Part shown: one piece after another, positions 1-14,649 of the stretch
Layout of the letters: each line of letters opens with the position of its first letter
Numbering within the stretch: the stretch's first letter is position 1
NCBI RefSeq assembly: GCF_964204645.1
Contig: NC_134029.1
Coordinates: 4,278,001 to 4,342,000, forward strand
DNA length: 64,000 nt
Direction of reading: 5' to 3'
Origin: Tubulanus polymorphus
Taxonomy: Eukaryota > Animalia > Nemertea
Program-made: the position numbers and the translations under genes
Notes under the pieces: generated by a model
Databases searched by the model: none
Told to the model about the DNA's origin: nothing
Seen by the model: only the letters and a program-made list of their open reading frames with translations

Positions 1-1592
1 CCGATGCCGCGAACAAGTACTCTTCGAATCGTCCGACGAAGAGCCTTCTTTATTCGAATAAGTCTTCCTATTATAAAAGGAGAAAATAAGAGGCAGTTTT
101 TGATTCGAGTCTTCTTTTATACAAGTATTCTCAGTTTAACATCGTTTGAATAAGTGAGCTTACCCTTTAATCCAGTAAAACGTTTGGATTTTATTTCCTG
201 CGCCTGCGCATCTTGTGGCTCATCGTCCACTATTTCTCGTTTTTCGTCCAACTCATTGCACTGATTTTCGACAATTTCATTGTCAACTTCGCTGTCTTTT
301 CACACACATACATGTACAAATTCACACAGAGGTTAGCATATAAAATACACAAAGGTACATGTACAACAGTAAAATCAACTAGGCCTAGTAAATGATAATT
401 TTGAAAATTGAATGATAATATCTATATGAAAAGTGTTGCGAGAATTCAATAAAATGCATCATTTCACCTTCCACTAATTTAGAATCCTGTTTGAGTTTTT
501 TCTTACCCTTAATACCACATGAATTGTCGGTATTTTCCTCGGAAAGGCTTTCGGAGGATGTGGTGATCATCTCTGATTCATTGGGGCTTGGTACAGGTGC
601 AGCTGATTCACCGTTAGGTGTCAGTGTTTGAATGACCAAATCAATTCCTATTTACCGGTAGATACAAATTCAAAACATTACTTTACTATGAAAAAAAACC
701 TAGGCCTAGTGTATCAATAAAGTTGTGATTTTCGAAAATATTTTGTATTAGTAAAGAGATTCAGTCACCTTCCATATACTTCTGAGGTGCATCAACTTTA
801 ATTCCTTCATAGCCCCATTGAAGGATATGAACACCCGGTAGACAAGCAATTTGTCTATTGGGCCTCGGTTCCCATATTACGTGGCCCCCTGGAATGTGAA
901 CGGATAGCTTGAATTCCGTAGGGAGATATCTGTCTTCGACATACATCTTCCAGAAGTTTGTGCCTGGTATTTTGGACATCTTTTGTCCTACTGCCCAGCC
1001 CATGTTTTGTGCTCGAATTTGCACGAACTCTCCCGGCGATAGAGTCTCATAATGTGTGAGGATGATTGTTTTGCGTAGTCTTTCGCCCCATATTTTCATA
1101 GGGATGCCTGTGTGAATTAGATAATATGAGACGTTGCAACAACAAAAGACCTGAAAGTTAATACTACAATTCTAAAAAAGAACAAAACTATGAACGTCTT
1201 ACCAGGTATTGAGCGTACATTTTCTTCGTCATAAATCTTGCCGTCGAGGCAGAAAGTTTGTGCTTCAGAATCTGAAATAAATTTATATTCAGATTTGGAG
1301 AACAACTATTTAATGTAATGTCACTTAAAACTGACTCCGAAGCTTTTTCGTGTACGTTTAACGAGGTATCGAAATCTCTAAGAGCCATTATGCAACTTCG
1401 TTGCTAAGTAAAGATCGACCATTGCCGTGCCTGATGTGCCTGATGGCTTCAATGATGCCCATTTCAATGTTGCAATTTTCTCTGCTTTTGTTCTCTTAAT
1501 TGATCAACAATTGGCGATTTATGTTTGAGAAATATACCTTCAGGTTCAGATTCGTTCAAAAGAACATCGTTAGTTGTCGATGGATTGGCCAT
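1..1592 (-). CDS. Uncharacterised multi-exon protein with a CBM20-like (starch/glycogen-binding-like) domain; 3' end truncated by the window edge
   Basis: Exons 1592-1538, 1271-1203, 1107-769, 647-507, 295-164 and 67-<1 join through GT-AG phase-1 introns into one open frame (MANPSTTND...SIPGIPMKIW...KYMEGIDLV...GRLIRIKKALRR...). Exon 3 contains ETLSPGEFVQIRAQNMGW...FWKMYV...TEFKL...VIWEPRPNR, which resembles the CBM20 pattern. Confidence 0.65.
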
Positions 1593-2839
1593 ATTTCACT
1601 ATATTTTTAGCCCAAAGGGAGAGCGTCAAAATAGCGGAACCAGAGACACGGCGGACATAAACATTAGAATATTACCTAGTAACGTAGTTAGATCTGTGAC
1701 GTCACTGCCGCGTGGCCAATCGGTATAAAAAACGAACTATCTTGACTTGCGTGGACTGATATGTCCTCGGTGTTTTAGAATTAATGAGCAAAACCGCAGC
1801 TGACGATGTTTATTTTGACAGTTGTGATTAGAATTCATCAATTTTCTCGTTTCTCTGCTGATGAAGTTTGTCAAAACTTCGAAACTGTCAGAATAAACAG
1901 TTCAACAGTGGGTTGCTCATTAACGAAGCATCTGTTTGAAGTTCACGGTCATGAAAGGTGATTTCCACCATTTCCACTTGGGTTGTTTGTCAGAATTGTT
2001 ATGCGAGCTTAAGGCATTTAAGACTAGTAGCAAAGTCGTAGACATTTTCAGAAAATAATGAGTATAAATCAATAATCGAGTATAAAACGTAAATTAATAG
2101 TTGTAATCATTATTCATTTATTTTCAATTAACAAATCCATACTGATGATAAAGTATAAATGCAGGTATAAAATAAATATTTATTTGTAAATCATAAGATG
2201 ATTGAATTAGATTTCTATAGAACAGTTGGAAATGATTGTTACAGGGATGACTCATAGTTTATAAAATACATTGCACGATAAAGGTATAAAATACACAACA
2301 ATTATTGCTGATAATCGTATACTGATAAATCATCTAAATGTAATTCCTTACATAGATATTAATATATTAAAACTGAATGATTTCCGATATACATGCCCCA
2401 AAAAGGCTTTAAAATAATGATCCCAAATCGCTGGTGTTGTCACATGAGCCGTGACAATGAAATCTGATAGATTTTGGCGTCATCATTTCACGGGTGACTG
2501 ACCTCCGCTAGATGGCGAGCTAGTCCAAGGTGGCTACTCTAACTGCACTAGCTTTTTTATGAAAAAACACAAAAAATTCAAAATTTACAGAATTTTTTAA
2601 TTGCCCACGAATATGGAATTAAGAATGATGTTGATAGATAATAAGGCATTGGCAATGATCAGTAACGAATTGATTTTACATTCTGATTGTCAAATTTTAA
2701 AAAGAAATTCTCCTCATTGTTACAACCAGGGGCTTAAATGACCAGAGCTGGTCCGCCTTTCCTAGAAGAAAAATACTTTGCAGCAGTACTGTAGAGTCTT
2801 CGTTCTAATCGTTGATATCACTGATTTTTACAACAGACT

Positions 2840-5800
2840 TCATAGTTGTACGTCAGCGAATGTTAATTCTACGCCGAAATCTTCTTTGAACACGTGCCAA
2901 GTTTTCTTCTTATGGGGATTGTCGAGCTCAGCTCGCGTTAGTATCAATCTACAAGAATCAACAATAAATGAAGCTTGTCGTTTTAACTTGTATTTAAGTG
3001 AATAAAGGTATAGTTCTGTATACATACCTGTTGTCCTTAATGAATCCAGTATTGAACCAGAAGTAGAACGGGCATTTATCATAACCGATTGGAAGTCTCT
3101 GAAAAATTCAAATAAGATAATGCATAATAGAAGTTTGGGATGCGAACTTCAGAAATACTATTTTCAAGCCATTAACTGAGGAATCTCACCGAAGTCGAAT
3201 AGAACATGACTTTAACATCATCAACGAGTGAAGGACATTCATGTATTTCAGCAGACATCACAGTTTCGCCTGGTTGCATAATCTGTCTCTGAAAAATATT
3301 GCAAAATCGACTCTCATTCGAAACTTAATCCTTTCAGGTTCTTAAGTTTGGAGAAATGATGAGCTTTGTAAATCTTTACCTGGCAGTTTGAGTTGTATCG
3401 TAGGTCACAAGCGAACACGACTTCTCTTTGAAGAATAACTCTAAAGTACAAATCACTTCCGTTACCCGGTCCAATACCTACAGGATATATAAGTTGTTTA
3501 AATACATCTATTTCATATTTGGCCCCCTTAATACGAATGATACCAATTATGCTAGAAATATTGCATTCATTTGATCGTTATGAAGCTATCGTACCTTGGA
3601 TACCGGTTATCTTTAGATTAGTTATCTTTAAGATCTTCTTACTAGGTAACTTGTAGTTCAGTTTGTTCTTAACGATATCAAAATATCCGACGTATCTGCT
3701 CTGAAAATGGAAACATCTCCAAGTACAATAAACTTTCAACTTTTCGCCGCAGGTTGGTTATAATTCAGTGCTCACTACTGACCTGACTTGGAGTTTCAAC
3801 TCCTTGGAATTTACTTCCTACATTTAAATCCGTTCTTCTGTCACCGAAATAGTTCAAACTTTCCTGCGTGATAAAAAGATCAAATATCGATGCATATATC
3901 AATGATGTTAAATCCGTTCAATGATAGCAACTGGAAGTTGGCGATTTTGTACCTCTGCCTCTTTGAAAAGTCCCGAATCGACAAGATAAGTACAGATCAT
4001 CGTTCCCGTGCGACCTTTACCACCTTTACAATGTATTGCTATAACGTTTCGTTCATCTGCTGCGATCCATTCTCGAGAATTCTCAGCGAATCTCAATAAT
4101 TCACTAAAAAAAAAACCACAAATAGCAATTCTTGACATCTGAGAAAAGTGATTTTCACTCTCAACCGAAAAGGGAAAACTATAGATAATCTAAATTAATT
4201 CAGTCAATAATCTTTTTCGCAAACTTTCAGAATAGTCAAACCCACTTATTGTTGAAAATATTATAATGTTTAATCCAGATTCCTCACAAATCACATGAAT
4301 TTCATTGGTCCTAATGATCTGAATTGAATTAGGTTTAAACACTGGCATTCCTCACCTCATTGAGGGAACGTTGTGGTCATCAATTAATATTCTTTCGACT
4401 TGAAAGTGGAACAATGACTCATCATAGGAACGTTCACCTATAGACACACATACGATACAACACAGATAAATAAACTAGACAGTGCAACATGTACCTGAAT
4501 GAGAACATATCACAACCAAAACAGAAAATATATACAACACTTTTTTGAAAAGAAGCAAATTTCTAACTATACTAAATAATACGGGGAAAATAGATCACAA
4601 GTAGCACAACGGACACATTCATCAATATAACCTTCAAACTTACTGCATAGATTGTAAATTCTGTAATGATCTTTGTGTTTGGCATCGAAAAATTTTGCAA
4701 CCTCCTGAAAGTTAGATTTCATTGATGATTAGGTCGATATCAGTGGCTTTTCCAAATTCATGCAACTCAACGCTTCATCGTCACTTACCCTGATAGGATT
4801 TCTGTACCATGACATGAGACCGGTTGATGGAAAAGACATCGCGATACATCGAGCTGAAAATATTTAAGTCAAGACAAAAACTGTACCAGTAGCGTCAATG
4901 AAGGGATATGACCTGATGGCATCTACTCTGCCACAGCACGGAAACGTGCAAAACCAATCAGATTGCCTATTGTAAAATGACTGAGGTAAATTCATGAATA
5001 ACCATAAATAGAACAATCTGGCAAAAAGGAAGAGCAATTTCTGATTGGCTAATAATGACATCATAGCAATTAAAGCGCGCATGTACTCGCGTGCTGGGGC
5101 TGATCAGGCAGGGACATAGTCTCATGATGGCATTAGGTTTAAGGGAGAATGAAAACAATGAGGAGCGAATGAATGATTCAAAATAATCACCAGTAATATA
5201 ACATAAATCCAAATCAAACCCATCTTTCTGATATCTTCTCTTGTTTTGAGACACGACTTTTCGTGTTGCTTTCGACAAGTTTTTTCTTTCGGTGAAAAAT
5301 CGGATAAGTAGTAAAATGCGGACCAGTCGGCCGGCGACGATCAGTCTGTAAACAAAACACAAACGCTATCAGAGTCCCTACGGATCAGTCAAAAATTTCT
5401 AATTGCCTATTTCCAAAATTGAAGGATTTTCAAAGGAGTTTCAAGCATTTTGCTCAAATCTCAAATAAGTTTCAAGCTCTTAAAAAGCATTTTCTGTTCG
5501 GGATTTTTTCAAGAAATCGAGGAGTTGTATAGGGACTGTAACTATCAAACTTCAATGAAGTCTTCATTGACATTTGGTGACAAGACGACATACCTGAGAT
5601 AATCACTTAAACTCTGCATCACCATCGCTGTATCAACGACAGTCACTGTGAACGTGATTAGAATAATGATAAAATCTACGACATTCACCCAGTCTCTGAA
5701 AAACTCACGAGGTCTAAAAAGACAAAAAAGAAACAGCGTCGTTAGGATTAAGCAACCGGTATATAAGGCTAAAGAAAATATAAACCCAAGCATAACAGAC

Positions 5801-6851
5801 CCAGGAGCTATAGAAATGAACTCTATTTCTAAAATTCCATAGCTTGTTCATAGCTTCAGACACAAAACTAACTTCAAACAAAAAACAAAACTCAATTCCA
5901 TAACTTCTCCAGGATTTTTCAGTTATAGTACGAGCCCTGCATGAAAAATAGATATGGATTTACATACCCTTTGCCGAAAATTCTCAGCAGGACTTCCAAC
6001 ATGAAATAACACGATATAGCTAATGACACTGCATCGAAAGGTGTTTCATCCGTCGGAGAGATAGCAATATCAACTATAACGATGCATAGATCAACCACGA
6101 TCAATAACATCGTAAATATACGAAAAACTAAATGTTCAACGACTCCGCGTATAAACCACTGACAAGATCTGAAAAATAGAAGTTATGTTAAGTCATACTT
6201 TTTGGACTAATCTAAATCTGTTTTATCAGAGTTTGCCCCGATTTTCCACCCATTTACAAATCCCCCGAGTTTTCCCTGAATTCTTCTTGTGATTACACAA
6301 AATTCCCTGAGTGAAACAGAGATATTTCTTCAAAATTTTACAATTCATTTTTCATTGAATCACACATTGATAAAGAAACATGTGGCATTATCAAAATTCC
6401 CTGAGTTTTTACAGGTTTTTGGTAAAATTTATCAAATTCCCTGAGTTTTCCCTGTTTTTTTTTCTAATTTTTTCCTGATTCCCTGAGTTTTCCAGGTCAG
6501 TGAACACCCTGTTTATAAATTTCAGACTTGCACGCTTCTATGAACAGTCATCTTTCTACTTAAAAACACATTTCAGATATCTTACTCTAGATCCCCAGAT
6601 GGTTCTTGATGAAACAGATCGTGTTCGTGGCTGTTGATTATTTTGCAGCTTCCTCCCTCCGCATCATCCTCGCCATTATTCTCGTACGAGATGAAATTAC
6701 TTTTTCCTTCCGTGTGAAGTTTGTCGCGTTGTTTCGACGCAGCGGTATCCGAGACCTCGGGTTCGGACTGTTCTGAATTGATCGAGTTAAATCGAAGTTG
6801 GCTTGTCGTCCGTGCTGGGTTTTCCTGCACAGAACACATTTCATTAGACAT
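2840..6851 (-). CDS. TPTE: Voltage-sensing phosphoinositide phosphatase (VSP/TPTE family), multi-exon
   Basis: S1-S4 voltage-sensor exons ([18 protein letters not shown]; [18 protein letters not shown]), linker [17 protein letters not shown], catalytic HCKGGKGR (VSP-type Gly; PTEN has Ala), FQGVETPSQ loop and C2-domain end [13 protein letters not shown]; stop at 2840. Confidence 0.95.
6227..6513. repeat. Intronic non-autonomous repeat with internal AAATTCCCTGAG(TTTT) units
   Basis: At least five TTCCCTGAG-like copies between CAGAG... and ...CACCCTG termini, inside a VSP intron. Confidence 0.5.
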
Positions 6852-7189
6852 CGTTACAGTAAAAGAAAGAAACTAAATACATAGGCTGAAAACCTTCGAA
6901 AGATAACAGCTAGAGGTATAATTGTTCACACAATAGTTTTTCTAACACATATATTCATATCTATTTTCTCAATTGATACATGAGCCAATCGCGTACTGGC
7001 CAATCATGCATTGCACTTTATCTGATAAGCCTTTAATAGATATAATGTAGATTGAATAATTTGTTTTGATATTTATAATTCCTATCAAACTTCCTCAATG
7101 AAAAATTAAGTTCAAAGTACAATTATTTTTTAGAAATCTTAATTGATTCGGTTTCAGGGAAAAGTGTTTCTTTCAGGAAGTAGATATTT

Positions 7190-7640
7190 CACCAATGGCA
7201 TTATTCCAGTAAAAACTATTATGCCGATACATTTATTGATGTATAAAAAATTAAGGCAAAAACGCTTCAGAAAAAGGATCAGAGTAGGATTCTAGGTTTA
7301 CGTAAGGGTTGGGGTAAGTTTTAGGTTGAATTTATGGGTTTAGGGTAGGTGTTGAGTTGGAGAGTTGCAGGCTATAGGTTGTCACAGGAGTTAAAACATA
7401 TAAGTAACTTCTAGCAGCCACACTCAACGGTCCAGTGGTTAGAACGCTGCACTAGTAGGCCTATATAATCCGTGATCCAGGTTCTAAACCGGATGTTTTA
7501 CTTATATCTCTTTGATCATTTCTTGAGTTTTCCAAGTTCAGCAACTGAATGTGCATGCCCAAAAATGTCAGGAATTGATCACAATGAGCTCAGCAAAATA
7601 GCGTGAAAGTACCGGTACGACGCCGTATTGGCAAAATATT
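7190..7640 (+). mobile_element. Degenerate element with GGGTTA-like repeats and a tRNA-like segment, related to 26174-26604
   Basis: Same order of parts as the 26 kb element: degenerate GGGTT(A) tract, GGTCCAGTGGTTAG...GGTTCTAA A/B-box-like segment, then TCTTGAGTTTTCCAAG and GTGCATGC. Confidence 0.5.
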
Positions 7641-10600
7641 AACTTGCTCTATTTTACAATACCTGGTTGTCGTTATCATACAGTCCAACATCGTGAAAAG
7701 ATGCAGCTCTTTGGCCTCGAGTTTCAGTCTCTTCGTCATCTGTGAACTTTTTATAACCACTCATATTTTCATTCCTTCCACCTTAAAAAGGTAAAACATG
7801 GATTTACAATTTCCCGTACAATTTACAGACTGAGAAGGCAAAGTTTCCTATTTAAGACATTGATCCATTAAATTTTAGGACCAGTAAAATTCTATTCACT
7901 ATTTCATGATTTGTAAATGGACCCACCACACTGACAGTCTCTCTCTCTACAGCAGTAGGCCCTATAGTTGATGAATGAGAGGGGGCGTTTCTTCTTCCTT
8001 GCCGAGACCCGTTTTTAGCTTTCGTTTTCAATCTTTTAGCGATATTTAATCACATCAAACAAGCAAAAATTAAATGAAAGTTTAAGATTACGTTGGGATA
8101 GACTTAGCCCCAAAAAACTCACACGCCGTCAATGAAGCAAAGCCTTAGTTTGGGGCGAATTAAAACATTTTTTATGGATTTTTGGAGTTTAAACAGGTTT
8201 ACTTCCGCGTTTAGAAAATTACAAGTTATAGCTGAACCGATGTTTCATGAATTTCGGACTTGCACTTCATTCTGTGAAAACTATACCCACATTCATAAAT
8301 AGATACAAGATCTTATATTTTTCATAATCAAGGTTCAGAAGATTGTGACTGAAAACCGTGCAGCAAAGATTCTAAGATTGTCGTCGTTTCGGTCATTTGA
8401 GTTCAGATTTTTGACGCGCCCAACCCGGAAATGAAAAAACCCGGAAGAAATAAAAAAAATCACGTAAAGAAAGTTAGATTACAGATTTGAGATTTGAAGA
8501 GCAGCCGCCGATATCGAAGGACAGCATCTCGTCAGTGTGTCGCTTACATGTGAATTTTGTCTCATTTGCAGTAAGTATGTTATGTTTTGGTAAATTAGCC
8601 TACCCGGTACTATAGCCGCCCTAGGTATTACTAGTAGTAGTATTATTAGACAATTAGTAGGTTATAAAAAATGATTAGGGCGGCCTGCCCTAATAGATTT
8701 GAATCCATAGATTTGACCATAGGCAATGCAGTACAGGCCTACACCGTACCCTAAAACTAAACCAGCAACAGCGCAGTTAGGTTTATTGGTTTACCTTTCA
8801 TTTGTATTCATGGAGAATAATGGTTTTCTCTCAACTTCTCTTTATTATTGTCCCTAACTAACAAGAAGATACAAGGCATTTTCTTTAAAGCGTGTCATGT
8901 AGTGAAGCCACACATTTTATTTGATTGAGTGAGATCCATGGACAGAATTGATATCCAAAATTATTAAAAGAAGTCTTGTGTGATCAGTTGATCTAACCTG
9001 GTTGTTAGGCCTATCTAATTAAAGAAATATCACTTTTTAAGGCGATGTTATGATGATTAATGATCGCCCTGAAATCTATATATAAACGTGAATCTTGTTT
9101 TTTCATTCACTCATCACCCTTGAAATACGATCAACTTTTATTGTGATTGAAATCATAACTCCATTCCGTAGGTACAAGTTCGAAAAACCATTGCCAATAA
9201 ATTTCCGAGTAGTTTCTTTCATGGTTGACACTGTAGTCACTTTCTCATTTATAATTAAGGTGCCTTTGAACTATAAATTTGGTTTGCAGCTGAAATGTTA
9301 ATGCTGTAAATTGCGTCGGGCACAAAAACGTATTATGTATATAAGTAACCCCTTGAAATGTGGTCGTCTTTGATGTAGGTAGGTCATTCTTTAGAGTTAG
9401 CATTCATGCGTTATACTCGAAATGCTTTAGAAGTGAATTTATTCTCCTATTGTTTAAAAACTTCAACATTCAAACGCATAAAAGTCTGTTCGAGGACCTT
9501 AATAAAATATGGCACGAGAAAGCTTTAAATTATGATTTCTTTTGGCAGTTATTTTACTAGAATTAGGCTGTAGTCCTCTCTTGGCAATATATTTATATGC
9601 CTATATCATTTTGACATTTCATATTAGGAGGCAAGCCTCATCATTTTGTTGGGACTGAAATTATTAACTCCCCCACTGACGCTCCTGCAATTATGCCTAG
9701 TTGCCTATGGTTTGGTGATCTTGATGCAACGCTCTGTAGTATTCCTGAACGTAACTATTCGGATATAGTCGCAATATGAAATAAACTACTAGCTCAAGGA
9801 AACCGCAGGATTTTACAGTATCAATTGGTCAGGGTCTGTTGTTTTGGGTTAAAAAGCTATGGACCCTTCTTGAAAACTGTGAAAGGGTCTTCTCTACTAT
9901 TTAACTCTTCACCCATTGCTACTGTTTAGAATAAAGTGTTTCAATCGAAAGGTAACTTTAAAAAAACTTTACTCAATATTTTGGTCACATAGAATTTCAC
10001 ATGTAGAGTAAGTTATGTGTGGGTAGTATGTATGTAAATATTGAGCGTTCATTTTATTATCGCATAGTCAGAAATGCCTGCATAATGCATTATATATTGA
10101 TAATAATTGTTTCGCGACAAATTAATTTAGTGAGTACTGTAGGGGGGAATCTAATTGCTCGATGTTTCGGAGCTCGCGATGGAATGAAAATGATGATTGA
10201 TTGATAGGAAAAATACGTCTCCAGTTTTTCATGCAGCGTTCGTTTCGATTCACGCTTGATTTAACACGCCAATATTTCATCTGTGTTCCGATCCCCGTTG
10301 AGCAGCCGGTTGGATTCGGCTGCAAAATCGACAAGACAGGAAGAAATCAAATTGATTGCGCTATGAAATATATGTATCTTATCGAGTAGTATATACATGT
10401 AAGATGGTCTGTAGAGAGTCTACTATGTGCTACTTTTTCGAAGAGAAGTTTTTGCTTAATTTTCACAAAAATGTCAGTAATTACTGAAAGCACTAGTTTT
10501 CGACTTAGAAGCCATCTGAAAAATATCGTCACGATATTCGTGATTGTGATACTATGCGTTAATCAAATAATCAAAAGCCAAGCAATTAACATATCCTTGT

Positions 10601-11729
10601 GCATAAATAACATGGATTTATTTGTCCTTAGGTTAAGTGCTGAAAATGTTTACTTAAAAGTACAGAGGCTATAGTTTGGTCGATCTGACTACACCAGCTG
10701 AATCTCTTTTGGTGAATTCTAGGAAATATCCAATTTGACCCTCGAATCTGTCCTAGAAATCTAATTTTATTTACCTGTAAGACAATAAGATAATTTTATC
10801 AAATTTAGCCTCGTCCCAGAATACTAATTCCATTGTTAAAAACTATTCAGCTCATACGCTGAGTTCAAAAATTAAAAAATCTTTCCCTCGATTTCTTCCA
10901 GTTTAGTGTTAGGGTAAAGGATAAATCTGTGGCAAGCAAACTTTTGTCTCAGATCATTATATCGTCTGTCATTCTCAGAAAACTGTTCGATTTTCTATTG
11001 TCTCTATAATTCGGTTTGCTCGCTCTAATTTTTCCGTGCACACATATTCTCTCATTCGAGGAGTTTCTTTATTTACTCGATCACTGCATTGTAGAAAGAC
11101 TTCATTGCGTCTGCCCCGTTGCGTACGTCTCGTCGTCGCTTCTTCTTCGCGTTTCGTATTTATTCATTGATAAAATAAAAAGATCGTGTTTTCATTAGTC
11201 ACTTTACTATTTGTAATGACTACATGTTGAATGAATTTCCGTTTCCTTATTACTAAAAACCAGCCCGCATACACTCGCACATACAAATACGCATAATTAC
11301 ACAGCGAATGTGAGTGAATTGTCTTGAGAGACTCTCGCTTGATAATTACTTATCGTCGGATTTTTTCTTGGCCGCCTGATATATTTCACATGGCGCTATT
11401 AGTGCCTACATGCAGCGCCGCTGCTAGCTCGTACAGCGATGTTCGTCAGCCAGATCATCGATTGTCCTTGACAACGAGACATTAAAATTCTAGCTAGGTA
11501 GTGGATTCGTGTATAGTGTGTAAGAGATGCATCGAGGGGTTCGTCTACGAGTATGGATTTGGTATCATATCTCTGGTATTGTTCGCTGAACTCTATGGAA
11601 AAGGAATTAGCTTCACACCTGATATTGAGCTATAGGTTTGTTTTTGTCGATATTGCTGTTTCTTTGTTCGTATGTGATGCGCAGTGTTCAGATCCAATCA
11701 TGTAAACCATGATTATTAATTGTGGTTTT

Positions 11730-11896
11730 GAATGAAGAGTCCCGCGATAGAATTGTAGATGAAAAAATCTATTGAAACAACAGTTCGGCTGTTGGCTATA
11801 ACAGCCATCGTCATCGTCATTCTACCTGATGATGGCTGTCGTTTCATTTTTATAGATTTTATCATCTAAAATTCTATTGTGAGACTTCTTCATTCA
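11730..11896. repeat. Imperfect inverted repeat (about 43-bp arms) enclosing degenerate hammerhead-like motifs
   Basis: GAATGAAGAGTCCCGCGATAGAATTGTAGATGAAAAAATCTAT recurs as a near reverse complement at 11853-11896. Inside, the minus strand reads TGACGA-T-GGCTGTT-ATAGCC-AACAGCC-GAAC and the plus strand has CTGATGATGGCTGT. Confidence 0.6.
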
Positions 11897-14649
11897 TCTA
11901 CAGTTTACAAGGATTACAGCGTTTTTTCATCTACTAATTCTAGTTCTATTTTCTATTAGATTATATGATTTAAATGGTCAAATGCCCTCTAAATACAACA
12001 TCGTGTAAAAGCTATTTTTGATATCACTTATTATCATTAATTTATTCCTCATATAAGAGTATATAAATCATAGTAATGAATGATAAGTGGCTGATGCTAC
12101 TGATTTTGATTTCAATTGTGATAATGAAGGTTTTTCATACTTCGTGTTATTTGTATCGAGCTAGCTCGCGAGTATTACGCTGGTTGAAAACGAAATGGCG
12201 CGGAGTTATTTACAAGTCATTTGATCAGGCTGTAATTACTATTTTAGGTTAGGAAATTATCTATGACAGACAGTTATAGAAAGGCATCCTTATCGACATT
12301 GCTGGAGTGGCAATGCTTGTATTCAGATATCAATATGGAATGCGTATGTTGAAATGTGGAATATGCATAGAGCTGGTATCAGACAGGAAACTACTGTTAG
12401 ATTTATCATAAGATATGTATGTCTGGTGAGGTAGAGTTGATGAGGGCAATCTATCAGTATCAGTATTCACAAATACGTCCAATATATGTGGCAATAACAC
12501 AAAGACGATTTGGCCCGTGTCAAACCGGCCTGGACAAGACCAGCATCAAATTTGGCCCGTGCTTGATTGATCAGAGAACACATTCATATGTAAATTACTC
12601 ATTAGTTAAATGCTATTGAACAATATCCTTGCCTAATCTGGCCCAGACCAAAAATGCTTGTGTGATAGTGGATTATATTTTAGAAAATCTTTGCAGGAAA
12701 ATATGAGGATGCTGACGAAGCCTTGTGTTCATAGGAATTGATCCCGATGCTCAAATGTCATATCAAACTGATATAGAATTTATCAGCAGTTTTGCTCGGT
12801 TTATAATTCGTGATTAAAACATGATTTTTTACCTTAAACTACAGAATTAAGACTGCAATCGAGGTGCTTAGTCCTTTTTGGCAGAAACGTTTTGTAATTG
12901 TAGTCACTAAGTAGCGGTGCTTGTATCAAGTTTTCTGAATAAGCACACTTTGCTACCGGTACTCATGAATTTAAGGTATATATGTAAAACAATTCAGATA
13001 ACCATTTTCAAGATCGTCTTTATATCATTTCAGAGATATTCGCGTTACTGAAGAGGCTCATAAAAACATTGTTCTACGATGATTGACAGTGAATGTTGGT
13101 ATATTATCCCAGACATGAGCGCACTCAACTGTACGTACAGATTATGAATTGGTCAGTGACTTCGGCAAATTTTCTCACCCGTGTAATTACGATGGACACG
13201 CGCGCGCGTTAGAAAAGATATTTTGATCGCGTCGAGTGAATGCACGGAACTGAGTAACGCAAATGTTTTTGGTCGTTGAACGCTGATGTGGATTTTTCCG
13301 CGAGTTATTCGTTTATACATCAAATACGTGTGTATTTGCGACAAAGAGGACTTGACCGAATTGTTGTGCGCGCTGAATCAGCTGACTGTGAAGTGTATGG
13401 ATTGGAAAATTCGATAATTTTTTTTCGCGATAAAAAAAGACGTCCTCTGGTGGAAATTCTTCGTTGCGAGACAGGGAAAGTTCGGCGAGGTTTTCAACTG
13501 AGATTTTGGCCTCTGTCACTAAGCGGACTGCTCGGATATTTACGTTGTTACGCTTCGAGCACTTGCGGGATGGCTCTCGTTGAAATGATTCGTCTGTTGA
13601 AGTGACGGCTTCAAATTTTGACGTAAAAGATCTTGAAATCAACGCGGTTAGTTGGATCGCGCAAAGTTTGCGCATTCGCAGAGCGTTCATACGTATGTAT
13701 TGCGTGCACTTTTTTGCCTTTTATGAATAAAGTCCCTGCGAAAAATAAACAGCAAGATTATTTCGAGCAATAAACTGTACTGAATAGACCGAGCGATTCA
13801 TTGTAGTTACCACACGCGCCCTTCAAAACGTACATAACTGGTCTTTTTTCGAAGACACGACTCTGTTTATGTTGTGTGTGCGTATGTGTACTCTGGTTGA
13901 GTCTATATATGACTAAAAACGAGTTTCTATTGCTGTGTGCGTGGTTTTTCTCGTGAAAGAACTTTCGAATGTACGACTGACTTGTAGGACTTCGATGCGT
14001 CATCGTTCATACGTGGATTGAGTTATTATTTCTGTTAGGCGTGTGTTTTACCTGTTGAAATATGAAGTATTTTCCCGGAATTCCACGAAGTCTTCCGCAG
14101 TCTAGAGACTGTTGACTCAGTTTTGTGAGTATATCGAGAAAGACTTTCGTTCATTCATCGGCCTAATCTAGATATGTACGCACGCACAGACTTAATGGTC
14201 CGTTGGAAAGGCGTATAAGTTCATTCGATCGAAAAACTACTCGCGCATTGAAGTTTCGTGTGAAGGATTTATAAAAAAAAACTACTTAATTCGAAGTAGA
14301 TTTACGGCTATGTAAGTGAGAAACTGTCTCAATAACCGGATAACCAGCGTTGCGCTAATGTTCGAATCGATCTAAATTGTAACGCGATAACTTCGTTATT
14401 TTATACGTTGAATTCTTCTGGTGGTAATATCGTGTAAATACGATATCCGCAAAATTGTGAATATCGATTATATATTAAGTTACAGTTATTAGATAGAGTA
14501 AATTCCCACATCGCTCTGACTGTAATACTATGAAGTGTCATTATCACATTGATTCCTCGCTGTCAACAACCATTTCGAAATTGCTTCATTACTGAGTCGC
14601 GAGTATATATCTATATTTTGGGTTAATCGCTGCTTGACTCGTCGTAAAA

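Noticed and set aside
3908-4138. Calling the phosphatase PTEN
   Set aside because: The HCKGGKGR and VETPSQ motifs and the upstream S1-S4 exons identify it as VSP/TPTE.
13276-13690. Overlapping 109-aa and 125-aa ORFs upstream of the TPR gene
   Set aside because: No recognisable domain or consistent exon chain; probably chance ORFs in CpG-rich promoter or UTR DNA.
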